From: a bacterium
Lineage (GTDB): Bacteria; Zhuqueibacterota; Zhuqueibacteria; Oceanimicrobiales; Oceanimicrobiaceae
Direction of reading: 5' to 3'
NCBI GenBank assembly: GCA_046757165.1
Contig: JBHHXT010000037.1
Coordinates: 1 to 33,320 of the forward strand
Length of the DNA stretch: 33,320 nt
Positions 18,671 through 27,184 of the stretch are shown here, in pieces. The position numbers were made by a program, and so were the translations under genes. The stretch's first letter is position 1. Every line of letters starts with the position of its first letter. Under the pieces are notes generated by a model. The model was not told the DNA's origin and searched no databases. It worked only from the letters and a program-made list of their open reading frames with translations.

Positions 18671-19220
18671 ACCTGGAAAAATGAGTCGTTTCTCCCCTCA
18701 CCTCGTTGGCTTCCGTGTCGACACTGCTGGAAATGGCATCCCAGGTCTGGGTGGCCGGATTCCAAACCACGATGACAAGAGACTCCGCATCAATCCCTTC
18801 CATAACGGCGTGGTCATAGCTAAGAACCAGATTGATCGCGAGGTCAAAGTGGGTCCCGTCCGGCTGTAAATCAAACATCAGGGTGTCGGAAAGAGGCATG
18901 GAAAAAGACAACTCGACGGTTTCACCCAATGCCCCGGCTGGCACCTCCACCTGATGGCCTGCATGGACGAGAACCCCACCGTCTGGACCAATCTCAGCGC
19001 GGCTGACACCATTTTCGTCATCATCCCGAACCCGAACCAACAAAAGGGTGGAGTTGCTGTTGTTCGGAACCTTGCCTTTTTTGTGCAAGATGACTTGCTG
19101 AGAGTCGTCTGGCCCTAGCAGCGACCCGCTGGGAGACTTGTTGCAAGCGGTGAAGCATATCGCGGCAAAGACCAAGAAAGTGCCCATGACCACAGGGCCC
19201 ATTTTTCTGACAGTCTTCAT
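18651..19220 (-). CDS. Lipoprotein with ZU5-like beta-sandwich domain
   Basis: AAGGAGG RBS; lipobox FTA-C; IGPDGG.L...VEVPAGAL, P.G..F, terminal THFSRYA. Confidence 0.85.
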   Translation of the reverse strand: MKTVRKMGPVVMGTFLVFAAICFTACNKSPSGSLLGPDDSQQVILHKKGKVPNNSNSTLLLVRVRDDDENGVSRAEIGPDGGVLVHAGHQVEVPAGALGETVELSFSMPLSDTLMFDLQPDGTHFDLAINLVLSYDHAVMEGIDAESLVIVVWNPATQTWDAISSSVDTEANEVRGETTHFSRYALSKG

Positions 19221-19286
19221 TTGTGACCTCCTTGAGTGTTATTGACAACGAGGATGAATTGCGTTGTTTCCGGGCAGCGCACCTCT

Positions 19287-19302
19287 TGCAAAGGATGTGC
19301 CG
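19287..19302 (-). promoter_or_regulatory. Sigma54 -24/-12 promoter
   Basis: CGGCAC-ATCCT-TTGCA on the minus strand, near-consensus. Confidence 0.8.
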
Positions 19303-19403
19303 TCTACGTATCTCCTTGTGAGATGACCTATATGTATTTGATCTTATTCGTTTTACAGCAGGATCTAAGCCTGGAGGCCAGGGATGAGCCGCGCACAATC
19401 ATA

Positions 19404-19459
19404 GTAACATAATATTACTTTTCGGTTCCATTTTCTAACAAAGTGCAACGATTCGTTAC
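19404..19459. promoter_or_regulatory. Tandem putative enhancers (UAS)
   Basis: GTAAC-ATAAT-ATTAC (19404) and GCAAC-GATTC-GTTAC (19445). Confidence 0.7.
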
Positions 19460-19506
19460 CATTGGACTCTTGCTTTCGGAGAAAATGCCGGGGCATGAAT
19501 CATGTT

Positions 19507-20895
19507 TTAGCGACTCTGAAGACCGTACTTTTGTATTTTTCTATCCAGGCGAGGTCGTGAGATTTTCAGAATCTGGCACGTTCTGCGTTTGTTCCAGTTC
19601 ATCTTCTCCAGCACGGCCTGGATGAGCAACTTCTCTCCGTCCTCCAAACTCATTCCGTCTGCTGGCACATCTATTTGCAGGGTTGTTGTTTGCTTCTTCT
19701 CAGTCATGACCAGCGGGGTCTCGGATTCTATGGCCTCTTCCAGGACCTCGCGAGTTACGCTTTCTCCCGGGTGCAGCAACACGATGCGTTCAATGGTATG
19801 TTTGAGCTCGCGCACATTGCCGGGCCAGTCGTAGCTTCTCAAGAGCCCCTCTGCCTCCGGCGTGAATTCACGTAATGCATTTTCATATTCTCTGGCATAA
19901 TGGGTTAAGAAGTGCCGCGCCAACAGAAGAACGTCCTCCTCCCGTTCCCTCAGCGCGGGAAGATGGATGGTAATCACATTCAGCCGATAGAACAGATCAT
20001 TACGAAAGAGCCCGTCCCGGATGGCAGCTTGCAAATCACGATTGGTGGCCGCAATAATTCGTGTTCTTACTTCGATGTCCTGGGTGCCGCCTACACGGCG
20101 AATTCTCTTTTCATCCAGGGCCTTAAGCAACTTAACCTGAACCGCAGGCGTGATTTCGCCGATCTCATCCAGGAACATGGTGCCATTCTGCGCCAATTCA
20201 AACAGGCCCTTCTTTCGACTCTTCGCATCGGTGAAGGCCCCCTTTTCATACCCAAAAAGCTCAGACTCCAACAGACTCTCCGGCAGGGCAGAGCAATTGA
20301 TCTCGACGAAGGGTTGAAATTGGTCCAGGCTATTGTAGTGAATGACGCGCGCAATCAGCTCCTTCCCGGTTCCCGTTTCCCCTCGCACCAGGACCGTCAC
20401 CCGTTTCCGGCTAATGATCTTAGAGACGATCTCCAGGACGCGCTTCATGGCCGCGCTCTCTCCCAGGATAGTGGTGAAATCGTATTTCCCCTTCAAATCC
20501 TGGTGTAAGCGCTCCCCTTTTGTAAGTTCCTGCCATTGTTGAAAGAGTTTTGACAGCTCGCGTTGAAGCTTGAAAGGCTCATCATGCACATTGATGACCT
20601 CGTACACCCCCATTTTGATCGCTTTCACAACCACGCTTAGCGGACTCGTGGAGGTGATGCCGATCACTTTGAAGGTGTCTTTGTCTTGCATGAGGTCTGA
20701 CAGGAACTCCAGTGGCTGCAGCTCCTCGAGGTCAAAATCAACAATCACGAGCTGCGGCTCTTTGCGGCGCGCAATGGAAAGAGCGTTAGCTTTTTTCCTG
20801 GTGGTCAACAACGCGCTTTGTCCGCTGTCCAGAGTCGTACCGTCGAGTAACTTTTGTTTCTCGGAGCCTCCCAGGAACAGTATCTTGAATGGCAA
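19507..20895 (-). CDS. Sigma54-dependent Fis-family activator (NtrC-like) with atypical receiver
   Basis: [51 protein letters not shown]-terminal HTH; TTG start. Confidence 0.95.
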   Translation of the reverse strand: MPFKILFLGGSEKQKLLDGTTLDSGQSALLTTRKKANALSIARRKEPQLVIVDFDLEELQPLEFLSDLMQDKDTFKVIGITSTSPLSVVVKAIKMGVYEVINVHDEPFKLQRELSKLFQQWQELTKGERLHQDLKGKYDFTTILGESAAMKRVLEIVSKIISRKRVTVLVRGETGTGKELIARVIHYNSLDQFQPFVEINCSALPESLLESELFGYEKGAFTDAKSRKKGLFELAQNGTMFLDEIGEITPAVQVKLLKALDEKRIRRVGGTQDIEVRTRIIAATNRDLQAAIRDGLFRNDLFYRLNVITIHLPALREREEDVLLLARHFLTHYAREYENALREFTPEAEGLLRSYDWPGNVRELKHTIERIVLLHPGESVTREVLEEAIESETPLVMTEKKQTTTLQIDVPADGMSLEDGEKLLIQAVLEKMNWNKRRTCQILKISRPRLDRKIQKYGLQSR

Positions 20896-20951
20896 TCCTC
20901 TCTCACCTACCGTTTGTCATGAAATACGCTCTTTAGATCATTACCAGACAT

Positions 20952-20980
20952 AAAATAGAACTTACCGACGAACAAATCAA
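20952..20980 (-). promoter_or_regulatory. Sigma70-type promoter of the activator
   Basis: TTGATT-N17-TATTTT on the minus strand. Confidence 0.55.
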
Positions 20981-21027
20981 GCCCCTTTTGCCAATGAGCT
21001 GACGAATGGCCAATCCCCACCGATCGT

Positions 21028-21096
21028 GTAGCCATGCCCCCTTGCGCGGCATCTACTGCCGGGAGATAACAGCCACCCACAAGGGGTGGCGGCTAG
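21028..21096. repeat. GTAG-type REP-like pair
   Basis: GTAGCCATGCCCCCTTGCGCGGC ... GCCACCCACAAGGGGTGGCGGCTA; related to the hairpin in the 7676 MITE. Confidence 0.65.
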
Positions 21097-21127
21097 GAGC
21101 GGCGAATTGACACCTATTGGGAAGCGC

Positions 21128-22879
21128 CTAATAGAAGACCTGCATTCTTATCTTGCCCAGGAACACATTCGCAGGCGTGTCACCGAAAGCCGGGCCTGAA
21201 CGAAAATAGCCTAAGTTGAGCGTAACATCGAGGTGTCGAACCTCCCGAAAGGTCAGAACGACATCCAGCTCTTTTCCCAGGTCCCGGTGACTGCCAAGTG
21301 GCTCGGCGCCGAGGTTGGAGTCGCGCAGAAACGGCTGCGCCACGACTTGATGGTAGGCGTGAAAGATCAATTCCAAGGAGGATTGTAAGGTGGGCCGCAA
21401 GGCAAGTCCGATGGTAAGAATCCGCATGTTGCTCAGCTCAGGCTCGAACAGCTCGCCGTAATATTTGACGCGTTTTAGACCGCCTAACTTCACGCTGTTA
21501 TCTTGCAGGCCGGTCTGCCGGAAGCTCGAGTCCTCCCTGTCTTCGATGTTGTCATCGCCTGAACCGTATGCCATCCCCACGCTCAATGAGATCGGTTTGG
21601 CCCATCTGGTGCCGATACGCAAACCGGCGTCGTACCCCCATCCTTGCACGGTGTTGACTTCATCGGTGCCAAACACCGACGCCACATTCGACCAATATCG
21701 AATGATCTTGTGGAACTGGCCGCGAAACTGCACGCCCCACCAATTCAAGGCAATATTCTGATCATGATGTTTGCGGCCATAGGCAAAGCCTGTGAAATAG
21801 GTTCGGCGCGCCAGCCTGACTCGTGTGGATAGATAGTACTGAAGTTGATTGAGCGCATCATCGCGGTCATCCTGAGGGAAAAAGTCGCCCTTGATCAGCC
21901 CCACTTGCATATCCAGACGTTTGGTATCGTATATGAGGCGGAACGCATCGAGCGTTTCGTCGAACAACCATTCCCGTTTATCCTTGAATTTCTGCCGCCC
22001 AAACTGCATTCGTAACGGCGCGCCGAAGAGGTCATAGTACGTCAGGTACATCTCAGAGACTTCAAATCGAGTCGAGGCATCGTCATCATCGTTGGACCGG
22101 ATGAGCGGTTTACGTTTCAGCTTGAACCTGGCATACCCCTGAACCTCTGGATTGAAGTTCACAGAAAGCTCGGGTTTGAAGCTCAAGCGGGACGCCATTT
22201 CATCCTCTCCGCCATCCAAATCGAGATTGTTCTGGGGTTCCACTTCCACCTCGACCTTGCCGCCGATAATCAAAAAATCGCCGATGCGAAGCGGGGCCGG
22301 CTGCTGATCGTCATCGTCTCTTTTGATCGAATGGATGGACCGCCTTTTCTCTCTGGCATCTGTGAAGCGAACGGATTCGTCAAAAAGGATGGGAATATCC
22401 AGAACCAGACACGCGAACCGGTCGCCATCGTTCAGCCGTTGAATTTCGCCTTCGATGACGGTCTGGTCATCCGGGCGCGCTGCAATGACCTCTATTCTGA
22501 AGGCGACTAAGGATCTCTTACCGATTCGGCGGCCTTCTATCCGCACCCAATTCCCGACCATCAATTTCCTCCTCGGAATCCGCTGCGCCCGTTCATCCAG
22601 GATCTCGGTTTTTTCATCCAGGAACACATCCACGCCTGTGAGCGACAACAGCTTTGAGTCGATGCTGATGCTGCCAATCTCGCTCTGCAACAAAGCATCT
22701 TCAGCAGCGTCCTTTAAGACCACCCGTTTGCCCCCAAAAAAACCACCCGGGAGATATTTCCCGGTGACAGCGATCCTCTGACCTGGCTTCAGATCGTTGA
22801 CTTCAGCCGGGGTGGAAAAAGGGACCAGGCCGAAAAAGATGCTCAACCCGGCAAGCCCGATTGCAACCATTTTGACCAT
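21128..22879 (-). CDS. Alginate-export (AlgE-like) outer-membrane barrel with N-terminal DUF5666-like repeats
   Basis: Signal peptide; two L..G..V...G repeats; GRQKFKDKREWLFD, AYGSGD, FRQTGLQDN, YGELF.PELSN, GKELD; aromatic C-terminus. Confidence 0.88.
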   Translation of the reverse strand: MVKMVAIGLAGLSIFFGLVPFSTPAEVNDLKPGQRIAVTGKYLPGGFFGGKRVVLKDAAEDALLQSEIGSISIDSKLLSLTGVDVFLDEKTEILDERAQRIPRRKLMVGNWVRIEGRRIGKRSLVAFRIEVIAARPDDQTVIEGEIQRLNDGDRFACLVLDIPILFDESVRFTDAREKRRSIHSIKRDDDDQQPAPLRIGDFLIIGGKVEVEVEPQNNLDLDGGEDEMASRLSFKPELSVNFNPEVQGYARFKLKRKPLIRSNDDDDASTRFEVSEMYLTYYDLFGAPLRMQFGRQKFKDKREWLFDETLDAFRLIYDTKRLDMQVGLIKGDFFPQDDRDDALNQLQYYLSTRVRLARRTYFTGFAYGRKHHDQNIALNWWGVQFRGQFHKIIRYWSNVASVFGTDEVNTVQGWGYDAGLRIGTRWAKPISLSVGMAYGSGDDNIEDREDSSFRQTGLQDNSVKLGGLKRVKYYGELFEPELSNMRILTIGLALRPTLQSSLELIFHAYHQVVAQPFLRDSNLGAEPLGSHRDLGKELDVVLTFREVRHLDVTLNLGYFRSGPAFGDTPANVFLGKIRMQVFY

Positions 22880-22882
22880 GTT

Positions 22883-23716
22883 CTAGCGCTCCTTTAGACC
22901 GGCGTGTCTTTGGCAAATCTGTTCGAAATTCGGAAATTCGACCCCGGATACCGTCTTCAAGAGCGTCAAGATCCAACCAACAAAACCGAAATCCGTCGCC
23001 TGCATCTCATGGTGGTGCAGGAGGACGCCAACCGTTGATTTTGTTCTCAAAGCGGCCTGAATCTCGAAGAGCAAGTGGCCGGGCGCCTTCATTTCCGGAG
23101 CAGGCCGGCAATGGTGCAGGTCCACAACTGTCGAGATCTCCACCAGCTCGAAATCGGTCAGCCCAATGTGGCCGCCATCCGCCGAAAGCACCTCGAAGCC
23201 GAGCTCGCGCAACGACATCAAGGTGCTGCGATCATAGCGATTCCATGGTGGGGTAAAGGCCGGAAAGAAATCTTGCAAGAACAGCTCGCTCATTTTATCT
23301 TTGCCAGCGACGATGTCCAGAAATTGGTCGATTTGCGTCCGCGCATCGCCGAACTCCTGCTTTTTGCCGTTGCGACTGTGATTTTCATGACTCCAGCCAT
23401 GTTGGCTCAGGAAAACCAAATGCGGGTGACGCTGCTTCAATTCTCTCAAATAGTCGACCGCCTCCTGCGTCACCTCTCTGGGAATAACCTGAAGGTGCAG
23501 CGGAATCTCTTTTCCAACGAACACCTCCAGAAGATGAACCAGATTCGGTGTCAGCTCATCCGCATCGTCGTCACGAAAGAAAAACGAAATGGGCCTCTGG
23601 TGATTCGTGTGCGCTTCTTCGACCAGCTCAGCAAGGGTTGCTGCGAAGCCGTGTTTCTGCCATCGGGCCGCAAGCCTTTTGTACGCTTCACGATGTTGGA
23701 TCCTTTCGAGCTTCAT
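22883..23716 (-). CDS. Polysaccharide deacetylase (CE4/NodB-like)
   Basis: FFRDDD, QHGWSH.NH, FTPPWN, LLHH motifs; start set at ATG 23716 behind GAGG. Confidence 0.88.
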   Translation of the reverse strand: MKLERIQHREAYKRLAARWQKHGFAATLAELVEEAHTNHQRPISFFFRDDDADELTPNLVHLLEVFVGKEIPLHLQVIPREVTQEAVDYLRELKQRHPHLVFLSQHGWSHENHSRNGKKQEFGDARTQIDQFLDIVAGKDKMSELFLQDFFPAFTPPWNRYDRSTLMSLRELGFEVLSADGGHIGLTDFELVEISTVVDLHHCRPAPEMKAPGHLLFEIQAALRTKSTVGVLLHHHEMQATDFGFVGWILTLLKTVSGVEFPNFEQICQRHAGLKER

Positions 23717-23742
23717 GCCATTTTCCTCTGATAAAACAGACC

Positions 23743-23802
23743 GTAACGCGACATTTATGTCGCAGGGCTCGAGAATGACACTCGACATAAATGTCGAGTT
23801 AC
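23743..23802. repeat. REP-like inverted pair overlapping the GT 3' end
   Basis: GTAACGCGACATTTATGTCG ... CGACATAAATGTCGAGTTAC. Confidence 0.8.
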
Positions 23803-24963
23803 ATGTACACCCGGCTGGCATGCCTGGTCGATAAATCGCCTCGTGTTCTCCACGCCAGAGAGGTTCATTTCAAAAGAACTTGCTTGCAACTGCGCCGCTG
23901 ATTCTATGGCCAGGGTCAGACTTTTCGGGTTCAACTCTTCCGAGGGCAGCAGGGTCGCCACCCCCTTTGCAGCCAGAGACCGCGCCCGGCGCAGCTGCTC
24001 ATCGTTGCCGCCGCCGATAAAAGGCACGAACACAGCGGGAACACGGGCTTGCAAGACATCCAGGCAGGTGTTGTAGCCGGCCATGCTCACCGAAACATCG
24101 GACTGTTTGAGAAGCGCACACAGATTCGGAACAAAGGTCTCGATTCTGGTGTGCGGGTCATCTGCCGCCAGCAGATCCAATCGCATTCTCTCGGCTTGCG
24201 GCAAGAACGGCCCGGTGACCAGGGTCAGGTCCACGGGGGAGGCCCGATCCAGATATCTTTTGGCGTGCAGGGCCGTCTCGAGCAAAACCATGCCGACCCG
24301 TCCGCCTCCGGCACTGACCGTTATCTTCGTCAACGGCGATGAACGCGCGCGGGGCAGGAATTTTCCGCCTCCGTTGCCGTTTTCTGGCACCACGTAGCCG
24401 GTGTAACAGATGTTCGCTTGCAGCTCCTGCCATCTCTTGAAAGAGCCCTCGAGGGAGTGCATGCGGGCGTCGGAGTGCACCAGGATCGAGTCGAAGTAGC
24501 GGTTGACCAGGCGGCACACGCGTTGCTCGAATTTAGCCGGGTCTTTCTTCTTGACCAAAATGTCACGCAGGCTGCAGACAACATGCGCCCGGTTGGCATT
24601 GGATAGATTCGCCTCCAGCAAGGGCACCAGCTCGAAGGCGAACTTTTTGCGCCCGAACGGGAAAAGCTCAACGACGATGATGTCCGGTTGAACGTCCTTG
24701 TAGAGCTCGAGCAGCGTCTCCTTTCGACGTTGCTGGATTTCCGCTAAGGTTTCTGTCCCGGTGAGTTTGAAGTTGCCATCGCTCGCAATCGGGGGTAACT
24801 GCACCATGACCACGTTTTCCGGCAGCGCAATGCCGGGGATGGCCACCCCACCGTTAATGAAATAGACCTTATGATCTGACAACCCGGCGGCAAGGGCCAT
24901 GCTACGCACATAGTGCCCCATGCCTAACAGGTGTTGGCAGTACAACAGGATTTTCTTTTCCAT
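23755..24963 (-). CDS. GT-B glycosyltransferase (COG4671 / GT28-C-like)
   Basis: YCQHLLGMGH, ELFPFGR, CSLRDIL, YTGYV, SAGGGRVG, SMAGYNT, EQ..RA; GAGG RBS before ATG 24963. Confidence 0.9.
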   Translation of the reverse strand: MEKKILLYCQHLLGMGHYVRSMALAAGLSDHKVYFINGGVAIPGIALPENVVMVQLPPIASDGNFKLTGTETLAEIQQRRKETLLELYKDVQPDIIVVELFPFGRKKFAFELVPLLEANLSNANRAHVVCSLRDILVKKKDPAKFEQRVCRLVNRYFDSILVHSDARMHSLEGSFKRWQELQANICYTGYVVPENGNGGGKFLPRARSSPLTKITVSAGGGRVGMVLLETALHAKRYLDRASPVDLTLVTGPFLPQAERMRLDLLAADDPHTRIETFVPNLCALLKQSDVSVSMAGYNTCLDVLQARVPAVFVPFIGGGNDEQLRRARSLAAKGVATLLPSEELNPKSLTLAIESAAQLQASSFEMNLSGVENTRRFIDQACQPGVHVTRHLCRVSFSSPAT

Positions 24964-25921
24964 GCTCGAACCTCGCAAAGTCAGTAAACCACCGAACAAA
25001 CTTCTCGATGCCCTGCTCAATCTCAACCTGCGGCCGGTAGCCTAATTCTTCCCGGGCTTTGCTGATATCCGCGAAAGTCACCGGTACATCGCCTGCCTGT
25101 TGCGGCAGAAATCCGATGTCCGCCTTCTTGCCGAGGGCCGTCGAGATCAGCTCGACCAACGTGAGCAGCTCAATAGTCTTCGATTCTCCCAAATTGTAGA
25201 TGTGATACCCAGTGCACCTGTCGATGGACTTGCAGATGCCCTGGATAATATCTGTGATGTAGGTATAATCCCGGCGAGACCGCCCGTCGCCGTAAAGGGC
25301 GATTTTGTCTTGCTGAAAAATACGTTTCGTAAATTTGTGAATCGCCATATCCGGACGCTGCCGCGGACCGTAAACGGTGAAAAATCGCAAACAGGTCACC
25401 GGCAAAGCATAGAGATGGTGATAGGTGTAACAAACCAGCTCCCCCGCCTTTTTGCTGGCCGCATACGGGGAAATCGGATGGTCGACCACGTCCGCCTCGC
25501 TGAACGGCACCTTCTTGTTCCGCCCGTAAACGGAGGAGGAGGACGCAAAAATGAACTTTTGCACCCCGAAATCTTTGGCCGCCTCCAGCAAATTCACGGT
25601 TCCCTGCACGTTGACCTTCTGATACAACGGCGGATCCTGGATGGACGGTCTGACGCCGGCCCTGGCGGCAAGATGCACAATGGTGTCAATTCGCGTACTC
25701 TCAAACACTTGCCGCAGGAATCCCTGGTCGAGGATGTCCCCCTCGACCAGCTGATAATTCGCCTTGCCCAGAAGTCCCCGAAGGTTGTCGCGCTTGATTT
25801 TTGGGTCGTAATAGTCGTTGAAATTGTCCAGACAGAGGATTTGGTGGTCTCGCTGCAACAGCGCCTCACACAGGTGCGAGCCGATAAAGCCGGCCCCTCC
25901 GGTAATCAGAATTTGTTTCAT
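24902..25921 (-). CDS. NAD-dependent sugar epimerase (UDP-glucuronate 4-epimerase-like)
   Basis: TGGAGFIG, HLAARAGVRPS, ASSSSVYG, YAASK, LRFFTVYGPRQRPDMA. Confidence 0.93.
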   Translation of the reverse strand: MKQILITGGAGFIGSHLCEALLQRDHQILCLDNFNDYYDPKIKRDNLRGLLGKANYQLVEGDILDQGFLRQVFESTRIDTIVHLAARAGVRPSIQDPPLYQKVNVQGTVNLLEAAKDFGVQKFIFASSSSVYGRNKKVPFSEADVVDHPISPYAASKKAGELVCYTYHHLYALPVTCLRFFTVYGPRQRPDMAIHKFTKRIFQQDKIALYGDGRSRRDYTYITDIIQGICKSIDRCTGYHIYNLGESKTIELLTLVELISTALGKKADIGFLPQQAGDVPVTFADISKAREELGYRPQVEIEQGIEKFVRWFTDFARFEHGKENPVVLPTPVRHGALCA

Positions 25922-25951
25922 CTACGATTCCTCAGGTTGGCCAAAGAAAGA

Positions 25952-27184
25952 TCAGATTTTTAGAACATAGATCGGAATCAACTCCGCCACCGGGCGGCCC
26001 AATTCCAATTCAACGGTTTGCGAAAGAATCTCCTTGCCGCGGTATTCGTAGGGGACGTTTCTCAAATCCGTGATGATTTCGCTGCCCTGTCCCTTTCTGG
26101 ATTTCACCTCGAAAAAACGTCGCCCGTCGATTTCGTGCACCCGGAGCACGCTTTTCCAGCCCGGATAATTGTAGCCGGCGCCATGCGGCAGCATGTTGGC
26201 GTTCAGCAGACGGTGCTCCACGCCCAACCGCTGCGCGCGTTCCCGCCAGCCCAGTTTCTCCAGCATTCTGACCGAGTAGTTTTGCACGCCCCGGCACAGA
26301 TAAGCGGGCAAATCGGGCCGCAGCGCCAGAGGCGCCAGGAACTCACCCGAATGTTCCGTCCAGGTGTTGATGCCCAACGCGATGGTATTCATATCCACCA
26401 GTCCTTGATGATTGGCGTTGGCCAGGGGGATGAACTCGTCAAAAAGCAGCTCGGCGGCCCGGTTGCGCCGCTTTTGAGCGAACGCTTCCGCGACCTGATA
26501 GAACTGCCAGTAGGCCGTGGCGCGGTCGCCGGTCAGGATGTGCATCGGGCCAAAGGGGGTGTCGACGGTTTCGGCCCACTGGCGCAGCGTCTTGCTGGAA
26601 TCGATGTACAATCCGGGGCCCAGGTGCGACTCCTTCTTCAGCTCGCTGCCGGAAGTATGGGCCATAAACGCGTACGGTGGCAATTTCAAGCCCGACTCCA
26701 GAGGGCGGACTTCAAAGACATCGACGAAATGATTGCCCTTTTCCAGATTCCATTTGATCTTGATGCCGTCGACTTCACACTGCTCATCCTTCATCCGTAC
26801 CGACCGGCGAATCAAAGTTTCTTTCGAGGGCAGTTTCTCCAATCCGCCGACAAACATCCCGCAGCAATTGGGTTTGGTGTCCAGGAACATCAATTGCGTG
26901 TCACCGTCACCCCAGGCCAGTTTCCCGCCGTAGCCAAACCCACTTTGCCAGCGGTAGCTGTTGATGGTGACGGTCACGTCAGGGGAAGTGATAAACGTTG
27001 CGCTCGGCGGGAGAGCCAATTGTTGCTGCACATAGTGCATCTTTGCCAGGCCATATTTCATATTCTCCAGACAGAGCTCGGCGCCAACATCCAGGGGACG
27101 CGTATGAAAGATGAACTGGGCTGCGTCGTCTAACTGTCTATTTTTTCCCATTGCCGTTCTTTCCATTTCCATTTCCATTGCCAT
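25952..27184 (-). CDS. Divergent RtcB-fold protein (start between 27184 and 27151)
   Basis: RtcB-like motifs in canonical order: SPD, GFGYGG, NCCGM, GNHF, AHTSG, NHQ, PHGAG, YR, terminal PIYVLK. Confidence 0.75.
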   Translation of the reverse strand: MAMEMEMERTAMGKNRQLDDAAQFIFHTRPLDVGAELCLENMKYGLAKMHYVQQQLALPPSATFITSPDVTVTINSYRWQSGFGYGGKLAWGDGDTQLMFLDTKPNCCGMFVGGLEKLPSKETLIRRSVRMKDEQCEVDGIKIKWNLEKGNHFVDVFEVRPLESGLKLPPYAFMAHTSGSELKKESHLGPGLYIDSSKTLRQWAETVDTPFGPMHILTGDRATAYWQFYQVAEAFAQKRRNRAAELLFDEFIPLANANHQGLVDMNTIALGINTWTEHSGEFLAPLALRPDLPAYLCRGVQNYSVRMLEKLGWRERAQRLGVEHRLLNANMLPHGAGYNYPGWKSVLRVHEIDGRRFFEVKSRKGQGSEIITDLRNVPYEYRGKEILSQTVELELGRPVAELIPIYVLKI

